Origin: an uncultured virus (IMG/VR IMGVR_UViG_3300020049_015566)
Taxonomy: Duplodnaviria; Heunggongvirae; Uroviricota; Caudoviricetes
IMG/VR virus record: IMGVR_UViG_3300020049_015566
Reading direction: 5' to 3' (one strand)
Length of the DNA stretch: 64,000 nt
The notes beneath the pieces were generated by a model that had not been told where the DNA came from, did no database searches, and saw nothing but the letters and a program-made list of their open reading frames with translations. Below, piece by piece: positions 30,268 to 39,447 of this stretch. A program made the translations under genes and the position numbers. The first letter of the stretch is position 1; the number at the start of each line of letters is the position of its first letter.

Positions 30268-30969
30268 ATGAAAGCAACTATCTCTGCACCTGCCCTGACC
30301 GTTCGCGCTGAGACAATCGGCCGTCTTATGGCCGCCGACAATATGGCGACGCTCCAAAAGCGCCTCGGGTTGGCAGCGCTGATTGACTTGGTAGAAGATA
30401 CTCAGAACATCAAGGTGGAGCACGGAATTGCGACGCAAACGGCCGCAATTCTGAAGGGGGGCGGGCTGCCTGCCGCTCGGGCAAAATACTACTCGGAGAA
30501 GGCAGCGCAGATCTGCGCTGCCATGCAATTGCAAGCCACCCTTGCATCTAGCAAGGTTCGCGGCAAGGAGGCGAAAGCCGGAGCCTACGCTGCCAGCATG
30601 ATTTCTAACCTTGCCATGCTCGCCAGCATGGTCAGTGTGGCGGCGGCCCAAGCTTGGGCGAAAAAGAACGGGCCGAAAGCAAAAGCCGACAATGGCGCGG
30701 CCGACAATGGCGCGGCCGACAATGGCGCGGCCGACAATGGCGCGGCCGACAATGGCGCGGCCGACAATAACGCACCATCCGCTCAAGCGATTGAACAGGC
30801 AGGACAACTCCGGGAAGTGCGGGAGTTGGTTGCAATGGCCCTTGCCGGACAATTGACCGATACAGATGCAATATCCGCAATTGCGGAAACGCTGGGAATG
30901 ATCAAGGGCGCTACCTTGGCCGATATTGCCAAGGGTAAAGGTAAGGCTACTGCCTTGAAAGTCGCTTAA
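30268..30969 (+). CDS. Ala/Lys-rich hypothetical protein with (ADNGA)5 repeat
   Basis: ATG 30268 preceded by GGAG; 15-bp unit gccgacaatggcgcg x5 plus 9 bp at 30685..30768. Confidence 0.75.
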   Translation: MKATISAPALTVRAETIGRLMAADNMATLQKRLGLAALIDLVEDTQNIKVEHGIATQTAAILKGGGLPAARAKYYSEKAAQICAAMQLQATLASSKVRGKEAKAGAYAASMISNLAMLASMVSVAAAQAWAKKNGPKAKADNGAADNGAADNGAADNGAADNGAADNNAPSAQAIEQAGQLREVRELVAMALAGQLTDTDAISAIAETLGMIKGATLADIAKGKGKATALKVA

Positions 30970-31022
30970 CCCAACAAAAATCGGCGCGTGCAAAAAGCAC
31001 GCGCCACAATGAGGAAAAATCA

Positions 31023-31193
31023 ATGGCCACCATCCTTGCTTGCATCCTGACAGCAATCTCTGCAATCGGCGCCTTACTCGCTTGCGCCCTCGGGCATGGG
31101 GCGGCATTTGCCGCCCTATCCCTGATAACCTTCACCGCTTTTGGGATCACGGCAATTATTGCCGTGACTCATTTCATCTGGGGGAAAAAGTGA
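31023..31193 (+). CDS. Small two-TM membrane protein (56 aa, below the ORF-track cutoff)
   Basis: MATILACILTAISAIGALLACALGHGAAFAALSLITFTAFGITAIIAVTHFIWGKK; GAGG upstream; stop codon lies inside the first 19-bp palindrome. Confidence 0.6.
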   Translation: MATILACILTAISAIGALLACALGHGAAFAALSLITFTAFGITAIIAVTHFIWGKK

Positions 31194-31489
31194 AATTCAC
31201 TTTTTCCTGAAGCATAACCGGCGTCCGCCTGCGCGGGCGCCACATTCCCTTAGCGCCTATTCATAGGCGCACGCTTTTCGCGTGCGCCTATGAGTGCGCG
31301 TTTCGCGTTTCGCGCTCTCCTTTATATAGGTGGCGCAGGCGCAGGCGGACGACCGTCAAAAGTGAAGTTCACTTTTGACGGTCGGGAAAAGTGAACTTCA
31401 CTTTTCCCTGAATAGCGCACAGGAAAGAATTCCTGGACTTTTTCAAGTTCGGGAAAAGTGAAGTTCACTTTTCAATGAGGTAACAAAAA

Positions 31490-31648
31490 ATGAAACTCAA
31501 AATCAAATCCGGCAAGGGGCCGGGTCTGGTCTGGGCAGGCATTTGCCTGCCCGGCGGGGCAACCTTGTGGGCCGGCACGGGGTACTCGCGCCGGATGGCG
31601 CGAGTGCGGGCGAAGGCCCGCGCCCGGCGGGGCAACCTCCCCGCATAA
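31490..31648 (+). CDS. Small basic protein (52 aa, below the ORF-track cutoff)
   Basis: MKLKIKSGKGPGLVWAGICLPGGATLWAGTGYSRRMARVRAKARARRGNLPA; GAGGTAAC upstream; flanked by palindromes at 31454 and 31660. Confidence 0.6.
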   Translation: MKLKIKSGKGPGLVWAGICLPGGATLWAGTGYSRRMARVRAKARARRGNLPA

Positions 31649-32388
31649 AAAGGAGGGGGAAAAGTTAACTTAACTTTTCCCCCCTAGCAGGTAGATGCCT
31701 GCGCCCGGCTCCGGGCGCAGGACATGTACTTGTTTTTCAGCTTCCGGGCGACGAGCGCCGGAAGGTGGTCTGGGGACAGACAACAGTTCTTTTTGCAGGG
31801 CTTACTTGCTTCGGGCGGGTGAGTTCATTCGTGGGAACGGGTCGACGGAATGGTCGGCCAGCAGCAAGTTCCCAAAAGTGAACTTAACTTTTCCCGGCGT
31901 CGGTAGGCGGGCCACGCTGACCGTTGACTGTACGGTGAAGGCTTGGGGATAAGCGCCAAGCAAGATGATGAAGAGGTAGACGTGTGATCCGGTGTTAGAG
32001 GGTCGCGGGTACGGGATTATAATTGGTCGGTAGAGGGGCATTATAAATATGCTGAACTACGTCGATGATTATAATGATCGGCCCGTGGATACTAATATCG
32101 GGTCAGCCATAATAACTGGGATGTAAGTTGATTATGGGCGGATTGGGAACCCGCAAAATATATTTAAAAAGTGTATTTTGCAGGTTCCCAAACGAGGACG
32201 AGGAGGGTGGCTTGGAATGGGTGGGATATACCAAGGTACTGATCAAGGGGAGAACGGGCCGGGAAGGGGCCTTCTGGCTCGTTTTTGAGGCCATTGGGGA
32301 GGGGGGCCAGAGTGGATTGGGAGCGTTTTTTCGATTTTTTGATAATAATTTTCGGATTTTGGGCCGGGTCGGGGTCCGGTTTGGCTTT

Positions 32389-32510
32389 CTGTTACATATT
32401 GTTTTGACTCTAGTTTAGAAAAGAAAAAAGGGGGAGGAGGGAGAGAAAGGGGGGGAGGAAGGGAGAGAGAAATTTTCATAATGAGAGTCGGTCTGAACGA
32501 TATGTAACAG
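32389..32510. repeat. Module A copy 2
   Basis: ctgttacata at 32389, ~55-nt polypurine tract, agagaaatt..ata..tgagag as in copy 1, tatgtaacag at 32501. Confidence 0.7.
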
Positions 32511-33171
32511 TTACAAAAGTTAACTTGACTTTTCAAGAGTTGATTCCCCCAAGGCTCCCCGCTAGATTCCGAAAAAGTCTGTTGTAATTGTGTAAGTGTT
32601 ACATAACGAGAAAGAGCTGTCGCAACTCTTTCCGAAGGGGCTTTTTTGTCCGAAAATCACATTTCCCGCACAAAACTTGTGGAAATTCGATACCTATCAA
32701 ACCATCGAACAATTTTTCAGAAAAAATCCTAAAAAGCCCTCGGAGGGCCACATGCTGCGTCTCAAAATATGCGCGTTTTTTGGACTAATCCCGGCCATAA
32801 AAGTCCTTTTTTGGGCTGTTTTGGCCCAAATTCCCGGAATTCCAATAATACTGGGAGCAATAATAGGCTGGTCGCTGTTTATTACTAGCGTCCCAGCCAC
32901 GAAGTTTATGGCTCCCCCATTAACTCGACGCCCCATGGCGTCGAAAAACAAAAGCTAAAGTCCCAAATTCCGTCCGCCGGACTTTCCGACGAACGGTATA
33001 AAGAGACCCCCCGGGGTATGCCCCCGACCTCCGCCACGCGCTTACTTTCGCAGCGCGAGGCGCAATTTTGAAGGACTTTGAGAGCCTTTGACTGCCCTCA
33101 ACCCGAGGCGCACAAGCCCCGAACTTACCGGGGCAAAAGTGAACTTAACTTTACCAACGGAGTAACACCCC

Positions 33172-33681
33172 ATGAACATCTTCAACATGTACTTCCTCTC
33201 CCTCGCCGACGCCCTGTCCTTTTTCGGCTTCTCCAAGATCAATCCCCTCCCGGCTTGCCCCCAGCCGACATCCCCCTCCCCCCTCGGATTTGCTGCCACC
33301 CGCAGCAATTACGAGGTCGTCGGCAGCCGGCTGTTCTGGCTCCGCGACGAGGCCTTGTTCCTGTCCCATACCCCGGACGGGGACGGTTTCAATGATCTGG
33401 ACGACGAGAAAATCCAGAATCTTTCCGTCGTCGAAGGCGTCGACCCCGAGGGGTTCTCGACCCCGATCATCGTGCAGTGGAACCCGGATACCGAGACCTA
33501 CCACCGCTGGCAATTGGCGGAAGGGGAAACCCACACCCTCCACAGCCGGGATACCGACGGCGCCGAGCGCGTCGTCGTGTTCGTCACTACCCTGGATGGG
33601 CAGGTCTACTGCAAAGTGGGCGGGCTCCAAGATCAAATGTCTATCGAGGCGCTGGCCTACCAGCTCCTGAACCGCGCCTGA
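33172..33681 (+). CDS. Hypothetical early protein
   Basis: Palindrome plus GGAGTAAC RBS upstream. Confidence 0.7.
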   Translation: MNIFNMYFLSLADALSFFGFSKINPLPACPQPTSPSPLGFAATRSNYEVVGSRLFWLRDEALFLSHTPDGDGFNDLDDEKIQNLSVVEGVDPEGFSTPIIVQWNPDTETYHRWQLAEGETHTLHSRDTDGAERVVVFVTTLDGQVYCKVGGLQDQMSIEALAYQLLNRA

Positions 33682-33753
33682 CCAATTTTTTCCGGGCAAA
33701 AGTAAAAGTTAACTTCACTTTTGCCCGATCCCCCACCAACGGAGTAACAAAAA

Positions 33754-33945
33754 ATGTTCAACCTTGCATTCCTGCTGGCAGCCGTCCTCACGGCCATGTT
33801 CAGCTTCGCCAGCTTCCTCACCTTGTTCTTCGCGGACAAGCCCGAAGAGGCCTTCACGGCGCTGTCCAATGGCAGCTTTATCTTCTTCGGCATGACCGCG
33901 ATCTTCGCGGGGATCAGCTTCATCCGGGGTTCGGATTTTTCCTGA
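33754..33945 (+). CDS. Small two-TM membrane protein
   Basis: Hydrophobic 63 aa; GGAGTAAC RBS; lies between two palindromes. Confidence 0.7.
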   Translation: MFNLAFLLAAVLTAMFSFASFLTLFFADKPEEAFTALSNGSFIFFGMTAIFAGISFIRGSDFS

Positions 33946-34020
33946 CCCCCCCTGCAACTCCCACAACCCCGGCAAAAGTGAACTTCACTTTTGCTTCCCC
34001 CAACTCCCCGAGACCCCAAC

Positions 34021-34458
34021 ATGATCAACAACTTCAACAACGGCCTGACCCCCTTCCCCGAGGGCTCCCTCCTCTACCAATACCAACGACTGGCCCGTGC
34101 TGGCCAGTTGTGGTTTTACGACGATCACCAGCAGGTGATCGACGTCCTCCCCTCCCACCTTGCCCACAAGCCCGGATTTCTGGGTCTGGTCTACAACCGG
34201 GACACCGGAAACCTGACGTCGACGTATTACAAGTTCTTGGGTCGTGCGTTCCTCACGACCCCCGAAGCCCTGAAAGCCCCGATCGAATTCACGGAAGAGG
34301 AGATCACCATGCTGGCCTGGCTCCGGGCAGCGGGTTACGTCATGCCTATCCTGCACCCCGAAAACACGGTCGGCGTCCCCGACGACATCCTCAATGACTT
34401 CGAGGAAGCAGTCGAGGCAACCCTCCCCCAAGCCCTGGCCAAGTTCACTCAAAAGTGA
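34021..34458 (+). CDS. Hypothetical early protein
   Basis: Start MINNFNN; stop lies within palindrome 34451. Confidence 0.65.
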   Translation: MINNFNNGLTPFPEGSLLYQYQRLARAGQLWFYDDHQQVIDVLPSHLAHKPGFLGLVYNRDTGNLTSTYYKFLGRAFLTTPEALKAPIEFTEEEITMLAWLRAAGYVMPILHPENTVGVPDDILNDFEEAVEATLPQALAKFTQK

Positions 34459-34484
34459 ACTTCACTTTTCCGGAGTTTCAAACC

Positions 34485-34865
34485 ATGACCAATTACATCC
34501 CGGCCACACTGGCCAACCGTATGATCCGGCAGGTCTTGAAAGAGGCCTATCCCGACGTGAAATTCAAGGTCTACCACATCCGACCGGCCACGTATGTGGA
34601 CTGGGACGTCAACCAGCCCGGCCCGTCACGCCCCGCCCTGGCCCAGTTGCTGTGGCCATTCCGGGGCGTCCGCTACGACGACCATTCGATGTGCTACATC
34701 GACCGGCAGGTCGAACTGGACGGAATCCGCACGCAGTTCGGAATCCGGCACATCCACTGCAACAATGGCATCTCACGTGATCATCCGGATTCCGCGAATT
34801 ACCCGCAAAAGCCGTCCCCGACAATTGAGCGTTTTTCGCTCGGGTCTCGGACTCCCCCCTTCTGA
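34485..34865 (+). CDS. LPD29-like (large polyvalent protein-associated) domain protein
   Basis: ANRMIRQVLKEAYPDVKFKV...VDW...GP resembles the LPD29 N-terminal signature; GGAG RBS. Confidence 0.55.
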   Translation: MTNYIPATLANRMIRQVLKEAYPDVKFKVYHIRPATYVDWDVNQPGPSRPALAQLLWPFRGVRYDDHSMCYIDRQVELDGIRTQFGIRHIHCNNGISRDHPDSANYPQKPSPTIERFSLGSRTPPF

Positions 34866-34911
34866 ACGGCATCAAAAGTTAAGTTCACTTTTCAACTGGA
34901 GTAACAAAATC

Positions 34912-35472
34912 ATGGGCTGGCTCTTCTGCGAAGCCGACAAGGCTTCTCTCGTGAAACGCATCACCCACAACTACCGCGACCGTATTCTCGATCAGGCTAC
35001 GGTCGGCAACACCCTCTACCTCCTCGTCCGGGCCGACGACTGCGACACGATCCTCGTGTTCCTGTTGGCCTCCGATAGCTCGTTCAACGCAACACCCCAC
35101 AATAAGTGGGGCTATAAGGATTTGTGCGAGTCGATGGGGCCGTCCGTCGTGACCTGCCCGCGCCGTCTCCTGGACAAATCGACCTGTTCCAGCTCATACG
35201 CCCCGGAATGGCGGGAGGCTTGCCGGGGTTATCTGGCTGCGAAAGCGGAAAAGGCGAAGGCATCGAAGGCCCTGACCGCCGGAACCTACCGCTTCACCCT
35301 CCCCGAGAACACCCCAGCCCAGGAGCGCGAGTGGTTCAAGACCTACGGGGGTTCTGACACCAAACCGGTTTTCGATTTCTCCGGCCGGGACTGGTACACC
35401 CTCCGTCAGCAGCGGATCAAGGCGCCCAAAAGCTGGGGGCTTCGCTACAACCCTGAACTGGTCAAAAGTTAA
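34912..35472 (+). CDS. Conserved mobile-element protein (MGWLF...WGYKD..ESMGP family, DUF6927-like)
   Basis: WGYKDLCESMGPSVVTCPRRLLD...YAPEWREAC motif; flanked by 35-bp direct repeats. Confidence 0.6.
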   Translation: MGWLFCEADKASLVKRITHNYRDRILDQATVGNTLYLLVRADDCDTILVFLLASDSSFNATPHNKWGYKDLCESMGPSVVTCPRRLLDKSTCSSSYAPEWREACRGYLAAKAEKAKASKALTAGTYRFTLPENTPAQEREWFKTYGGSDTKPVFDFSGRDWYTLRQQRIKAPKSWGLRYNPELVKS

Positions 35473-35500
35473 GTTCACTTTTCAACTGGAGTAACATCAA

Positions 35501-35986
35501 ATGAAAGTCCTGCACACCAAAAACGGAAAGCTCCGCATTTCCGGTGAGTTCACCCATGATGACCTTTTCCGGGTCGCATCCGAACTGGCCGCCGATTATC
35601 TCCCCGGCGCCCCGGTCATGAGTTCCCCCATGATCGTGAAGAACTTCCTGATCGCCAAGCTGCGTCACCGCAGCTCGGAAGGTTTTGAAGTCCTGTACTG
35701 CGACAACCAGAACAATCTGATTGCCGCTGAGACCCTGTTTGAGGGGACGATTGACTCTTGCGCGGTCTACACCCGCGAGGTCGTCCGCCAGTGCCTCTAC
35801 CACGGCGCGGCAGCGGTTCTGTTCGCCCATAACCACCCTACCAACAATACCAATCCATCCCCCGCGGATCACGCCATCACCAAGCGTCTGAAGGACGCAC
35901 TGGCGCTGCTGGACATCCGTGTCCTCGATCACATCATCGTCTCGAAGGTCGACACCTATTCGATGGCGGAACACGGCTGGATCTGA
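35501..35986 (+). CDS. radC: RadC-like JAB domain protein
   Basis: EGFEVLY...LFEGTID...VYTREVV...AHNHP...PSPADHAITKRLKDALALLDIRVLDHIIV. Confidence 0.92.
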   Translation: MKVLHTKNGKLRISGEFTHDDLFRVASELAADYLPGAPVMSSPMIVKNFLIAKLRHRSSEGFEVLYCDNQNNLIAAETLFEGTIDSCAVYTREVVRQCLYHGAAAVLFAHNHPTNNTNPSPADHAITKRLKDALALLDIRVLDHIIVSKVDTYSMAEHGWI

Positions 35987-36036
35987 TCTGGCCTTCAAAA
36001 GTTAAGTTCACTTTTCAAACCCCGGAGTAACCCCCC

Positions 36037-36681
36037 ATGAAAACCATCCTCTACCAAACCGGCCGTCAGTACAGTTCTGAGCATGGCCAACGTCTGGTCA
36101 TCACCTTCGACGCCCCGATGGCGTACTTCATCGACCTCGACCGCTGCAACCTGCAAGGGTTCGTGTGGGTCGTCGGTTCGGATATGTGGTCACCCTCCTC
36201 CTACGACATCGCCAAGGAGGTCATGGCCTGCTATGACGCCCGAGACTGGTCGACCCAGAGTTTCCAGTATGCGCAAGACCCCGGCCACTACGGGGTCACC
36301 GGCGAGTTGATGCAGAACCTCCGTTCGGCCGCCCGAGAGGCGTCCGAGAACCTTGAACTGCTCAACCGGTTCAAGAGCATGTCCGCCGGGATCCCCTGGA
36401 GTGTTCCCGAGGCGCGTAAACATCCGAAAGTCGTGATCATCCATGCCCACGAGCAGACTCCGCCCGACAAGGTTGTCGTGAGGGACTACAACTCCGGGCA
36501 GGTCATCTCCCGCCTCGTGTCGGATTGCGTCGGCGACACGCCGAACGAGCGGCTGTTCCACACGGCGCTGTCACTGGCCGAAACCCTGCAGGCCCAGAGC
36601 GGCGAGCACCGCGCCATTCGTTATCTGGGCACGGCGCCGGATAATTACGAAGGCTCCACCCAGTTCGTTTTTTCGATCTGA
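36037..36681 (+). CDS. Hypothetical early protein
   Basis: Palindrome plus GGAGTAAC upstream; N-terminal YQTGRQYS..GQR. Confidence 0.7.
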   Translation: MKTILYQTGRQYSSEHGQRLVITFDAPMAYFIDLDRCNLQGFVWVVGSDMWSPSSYDIAKEVMACYDARDWSTQSFQYAQDPGHYGVTGELMQNLRSAAREASENLELLNRFKSMSAGIPWSVPEARKHPKVVIIHAHEQTPPDKVVVRDYNSGQVISRLVSDCVGDTPNERLFHTALSLAETLQAQSGEHRAIRYLGTAPDNYEGSTQFVFSI

Positions 36682-36711
36682 AAAGTCAACTTCACTTTTG
36701 AGTACCAGACC

Positions 36712-37107
36712 ATGACACCTGAACAAATCCAAGTCCTTCGTGACCTCCGCGCCGCCGGATACGCCATCGTTGTTCTCACCCCCGAGGAGCTGCGCGGCGC
36801 CCGCCCCAGTTCCATCGAGGATCGGCTCATCGAACTGGCCAACGATAGCGTGATCGGGGACTCCATCCCGGGACGCTCGGTAATCGCCTGCAACGTCAAG
36901 ACCGGCGTCAAGCAGTATTTTGACCAATATACGGCCCACGAGTGGGCGGCTGCCTACGGCTACTGCGAGGAGCACAACAAGCTGGGATCACTCTTCGCGG
37001 CAGCCCAGGATGGCAAGCTGGGAACCTTCTACCACACCCTTCCGTTGCAGCTGGAGAACGGAAAGGTCAGCTGCGGCGACTGGACCGCCGGAACCGAGGA
37101 GACCTGA
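36712..37107 (+). CDS. Hypothetical early protein
   Basis: Follows palindrome 36681; LRAAGY motif shared with the 34021 gene. Confidence 0.65.
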   Translation: MTPEQIQVLRDLRAAGYAIVVLTPEELRGARPSSIEDRLIELANDSVIGDSIPGRSVIACNVKTGVKQYFDQYTAHEWAAAYGYCEEHNKLGSLFAAAQDGKLGTFYHTLPLQLENGKVSCGDWTAGTEET

Positions 37108-37108
37108 C

Positions 37109-37510
37109 ATGAAATTCATCTACTACATCGAAGGCTTTCTGGCCTTCTCCGACCCCGACACCTACGACAAGGGCTGTGACCCGACTCGTTCCAAGTCTCA
37201 TTTCGACCCCGATTTTCGTTGTGAGGCGGCCACCCTCGAAGGGCTGATTTCCGAACTCTGTCAGGAATTCCATGTCGGTCGGGATTGCATCCTGCTCGAC
37301 AGTTGCGACGAGGAGGGGCGCCTTGACCTGCAGGTCTACCAGTCCTCCCCCTTCTCGGTTCACCGGGTGTCCAACCAGCTCGACCTGCAATGGCGCAAAG
37401 GGGAGCGTGACCTCTGGCTGACCAACTACATCTTCGAGGTCAAGTTCCGGATCGAGAATATGTCTCTGAACAGCCTCCCGGACTTCATCAACAAGCTGCC
37501 CAAAAGTTAA
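37109..37510 (+). CDS. Hypothetical early protein
   Basis: Start MKFIYY with GAGGAG upstream; ends KS-stop inside palindrome 37502. Confidence 0.65.
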   Translation: MKFIYYIEGFLAFSDPDTYDKGCDPTRSKSHFDPDFRCEAATLEGLISELCQEFHVGRDCILLDSCDEEGRLDLQVYQSSPFSVHRVSNQLDLQWRKGERDLWLTNYIFEVKFRIENMSLNSLPDFINKLPKS

Positions 37511-37535
37511 GTTCACTTTTCTGGAGTATCAAACC

Positions 37536-37952
37536 ATGACCAAGCAAATGTCCGATGTGAATTGCTCACGAGGCGCCCCGATGGGGCGCCGCCACAGCCC
37601 CCATATCTCCACCCCTTGCCGCCTCTTCCAAGTCCGTCTGGATGCAGGCGGCTATGACGATGGCGGGGCGTACTGGGGGGTCGGTGAACCCCTATGGTGT
37701 GCCCGTGATGACGAGGGGAACGAGCAATTCGTCCGTGCCCCGGATCGCTCGACCGCTGCCCACCACTTGCTCCTTTGCCCTGACGACCTCAAGAACCCAC
37801 GGGGTGTCAGCCGTCTGATTCAGGTTACTTTTCGTAATGGGGACACTGAATCTTCCAGGGTCATGCCGTTCCATAGGACCGCCCGCTTCAAGGCGCTCCC
37901 TTGGTTGACCGTTCTTTCTGAAGTCCCCCTTGAGCTGGGGCAGGAGTTCTAA
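37536..37952 (+). CDS. Conserved phage protein (GAPMGR...GGYDDGGAYWG motif)
   Basis: Recognisable motif; GGAG RBS after a palindrome. Confidence 0.7.
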   Translation: MTKQMSDVNCSRGAPMGRRHSPHISTPCRLFQVRLDAGGYDDGGAYWGVGEPLWCARDDEGNEQFVRAPDRSTAAHHLLLCPDDLKNPRGVSRLIQVTFRNGDTESSRVMPFHRTARFKALPWLTVLSEVPLELGQEF

Positions 37953-37955
37953 ACC

Positions 37956-38468
37956 ATGAGCACGACCTTTTCCCGGTCTCACATCAAGCGGCTGCACGCT
38001 GAGCTTTCCGAGTATTCAGAGGACAGCCGTCGTCGCTTCCCGAGTTTCTCCAACCTCCAATCCGCCGGGATTGTCGAGATCGAGGAGGAATTCGCCGTCG
38101 CCCGGATGCTGTGGAAGCATGCTTGGGCAAAATCGGCAGTAGGAAAACTGCGGCGCGACCATCACTCGGATATCCTCGACCTTCTCCCGAAGACCCGTCA
38201 GGAGCTCAGCCAGATGCAGTCCCCCGACCGTCTGTCCTCCGTCGATATCCGGTTGATGGCCCTCAACGAATTCCTGGACTTTCACGGAGTGGAACCGTTG
38301 TACAAGACCCGACATGAACCTGGATTTGGGCAGGTTTCTACGGATCAAGTCATTGCCCACTACCTGAACGCCGGCGATCCCTACGTCGCCACCCTTGTCT
38401 ATCGTCCCCGAGCACCGAACAACCTGACGGTTCGTTGCTGGGGTGACCTTCCGGAGGTGAACAAATGA
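37956..38468 (+). CDS. Conserved phage protein (HGVE...YLNAGDPY motif)
   Basis: Coupled to the previous gene. Confidence 0.65.
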   Translation: MSTTFSRSHIKRLHAELSEYSEDSRRRFPSFSNLQSAGIVEIEEEFAVARMLWKHAWAKSAVGKLRRDHHSDILDLLPKTRQELSQMQSPDRLSSVDIRLMALNEFLDFHGVEPLYKTRHEPGFGQVSTDQVIAHYLNAGDPYVATLVYRPRAPNNLTVRCWGDLPEVNK

Positions 38469-38707
38469 AGATCTTCATGGTGGTTAAGAACCCCGACCGC
38501 TTGGCTTCGTTCCTCACCGGACTGGCCATCCTGCTGGACGGCCTCGTCCGCACCCTTACCCTCGGTTTCATCTGCTCACGCTTCCAGATGATCACGCTCA
38601 ACTGGTCGATGCGCCGCATGTTCGCGGCGGCAAAGGCCAAACGGGCGGCCGAGTTGAAAAGTGAAGTTAACCTTTCCGGAGTAGAAAACCATGATCAAGC
38701 TGATTGA
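38465..38707 (+). CDS. Hypothetical protein
   Basis: ATGA overlap; reads through palindrome 38657. Confidence 0.55.
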   Translation: MKIFMVVKNPDRLASFLTGLAILLDGLVRTLTLGFICSRFQMITLNWSMRRMFAAAKAKRAAELKSEVNLSGVENHDQAD

Positions 38708-38981
38708 TGCACTGCGCCTTTGCGACAAGATCACCTTCGATGGCTACGAGATGCTCAATTTCTGGCCACGCGGTGGCTGTGCCCCTGTGGTGGATGTGGT
38801 TATCGAGGACTCTGATGAGGGTGGTGAGTTTACTGTCGCCTTCGATGGTTCCCAGATCATCACCCCCGACGAGACTGGCTGTTGTGAAATTGAAGACATG
38901 ACCGGCGCGGCCCTGACCCTTGAGCTGATGGTCTACGTCCCATTCGGCCGTCATCACATCCCCGAGGAGCTTCTGACATGA
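38691..38981 (+). CDS. Hypothetical acidic protein
   Basis: GGAG RBS after a palindrome. Confidence 0.6.
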   Translation: MIKLIDALRLCDKITFDGYEMLNFWPRGGCAPVVDVVIEDSDEGGEFTVAFDGSQIITPDETGCCEIEDMTGAALTLELMVYVPFGRHHIPEELLT

Positions 38982-39127
38982 AACAGAACGCCTGGGATGT
39001 TTTCCTCGACGGTATCTGGGTCGACACCGTCTTTTTCAATCAGGATCTGGACGAGGATTACGTCCGGAATTCCCTGATCTGCCATGACCACTACAACCCC
39101 GACATCACTTTGAAGGTGCAACCATGA
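38978..39127 (+). CDS. Small phage protein (49 aa, below the ORF-track cutoff)
   Basis: MKQNAWDVFLDGIWVDTVFFNQDLDEDYVRNSLICHDHYNPDITLKVQP; ATGA overlaps at both ends. Confidence 0.7.
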   Translation: MKQNAWDVFLDGIWVDTVFFNQDLDEDYVRNSLICHDHYNPDITLKVQP

Positions 39128-39405
39128 ACCCGAATTTTATCTGCTACCCCGTTCGTGCCGCTTCTGAAAACCCTGACGGCTCCCCCGCCTGTATCGAGGA
39201 GTGCCCGCTTGCTGACGCCCAGTGGATCGGCGTTTACCGGCAGGACTCCGAGGCCGGCACCGACTGGGTTTTCGATGTCGAGATCGCCCAGTTCACTACC
39301 CCCGAGCTTGCCCTGCAGGTCGCCGAAGGCTTGTGTGAACTGCTGAACGGGCTGGACGCGCCGGAGGCCCTGCACAACCCGAAACTTCACGTTTTCTTCC
39401 GCTGA
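39124..39405 (+). CDS. Hypothetical protein
   Basis: ATGA overlap; stop overlaps palindrome 39404. Confidence 0.6.
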   Translation: MNPNFICYPVRAASENPDGSPACIEECPLADAQWIGVYRQDSEAGTDWVFDVEIAQFTTPELALQVAEGLCELLNGLDAPEALHNPKLHVFFR

Positions 39406-39447
39406 AAGTTAACTTCACTTTTTGAAACCCCAACGGAGTAACACACC

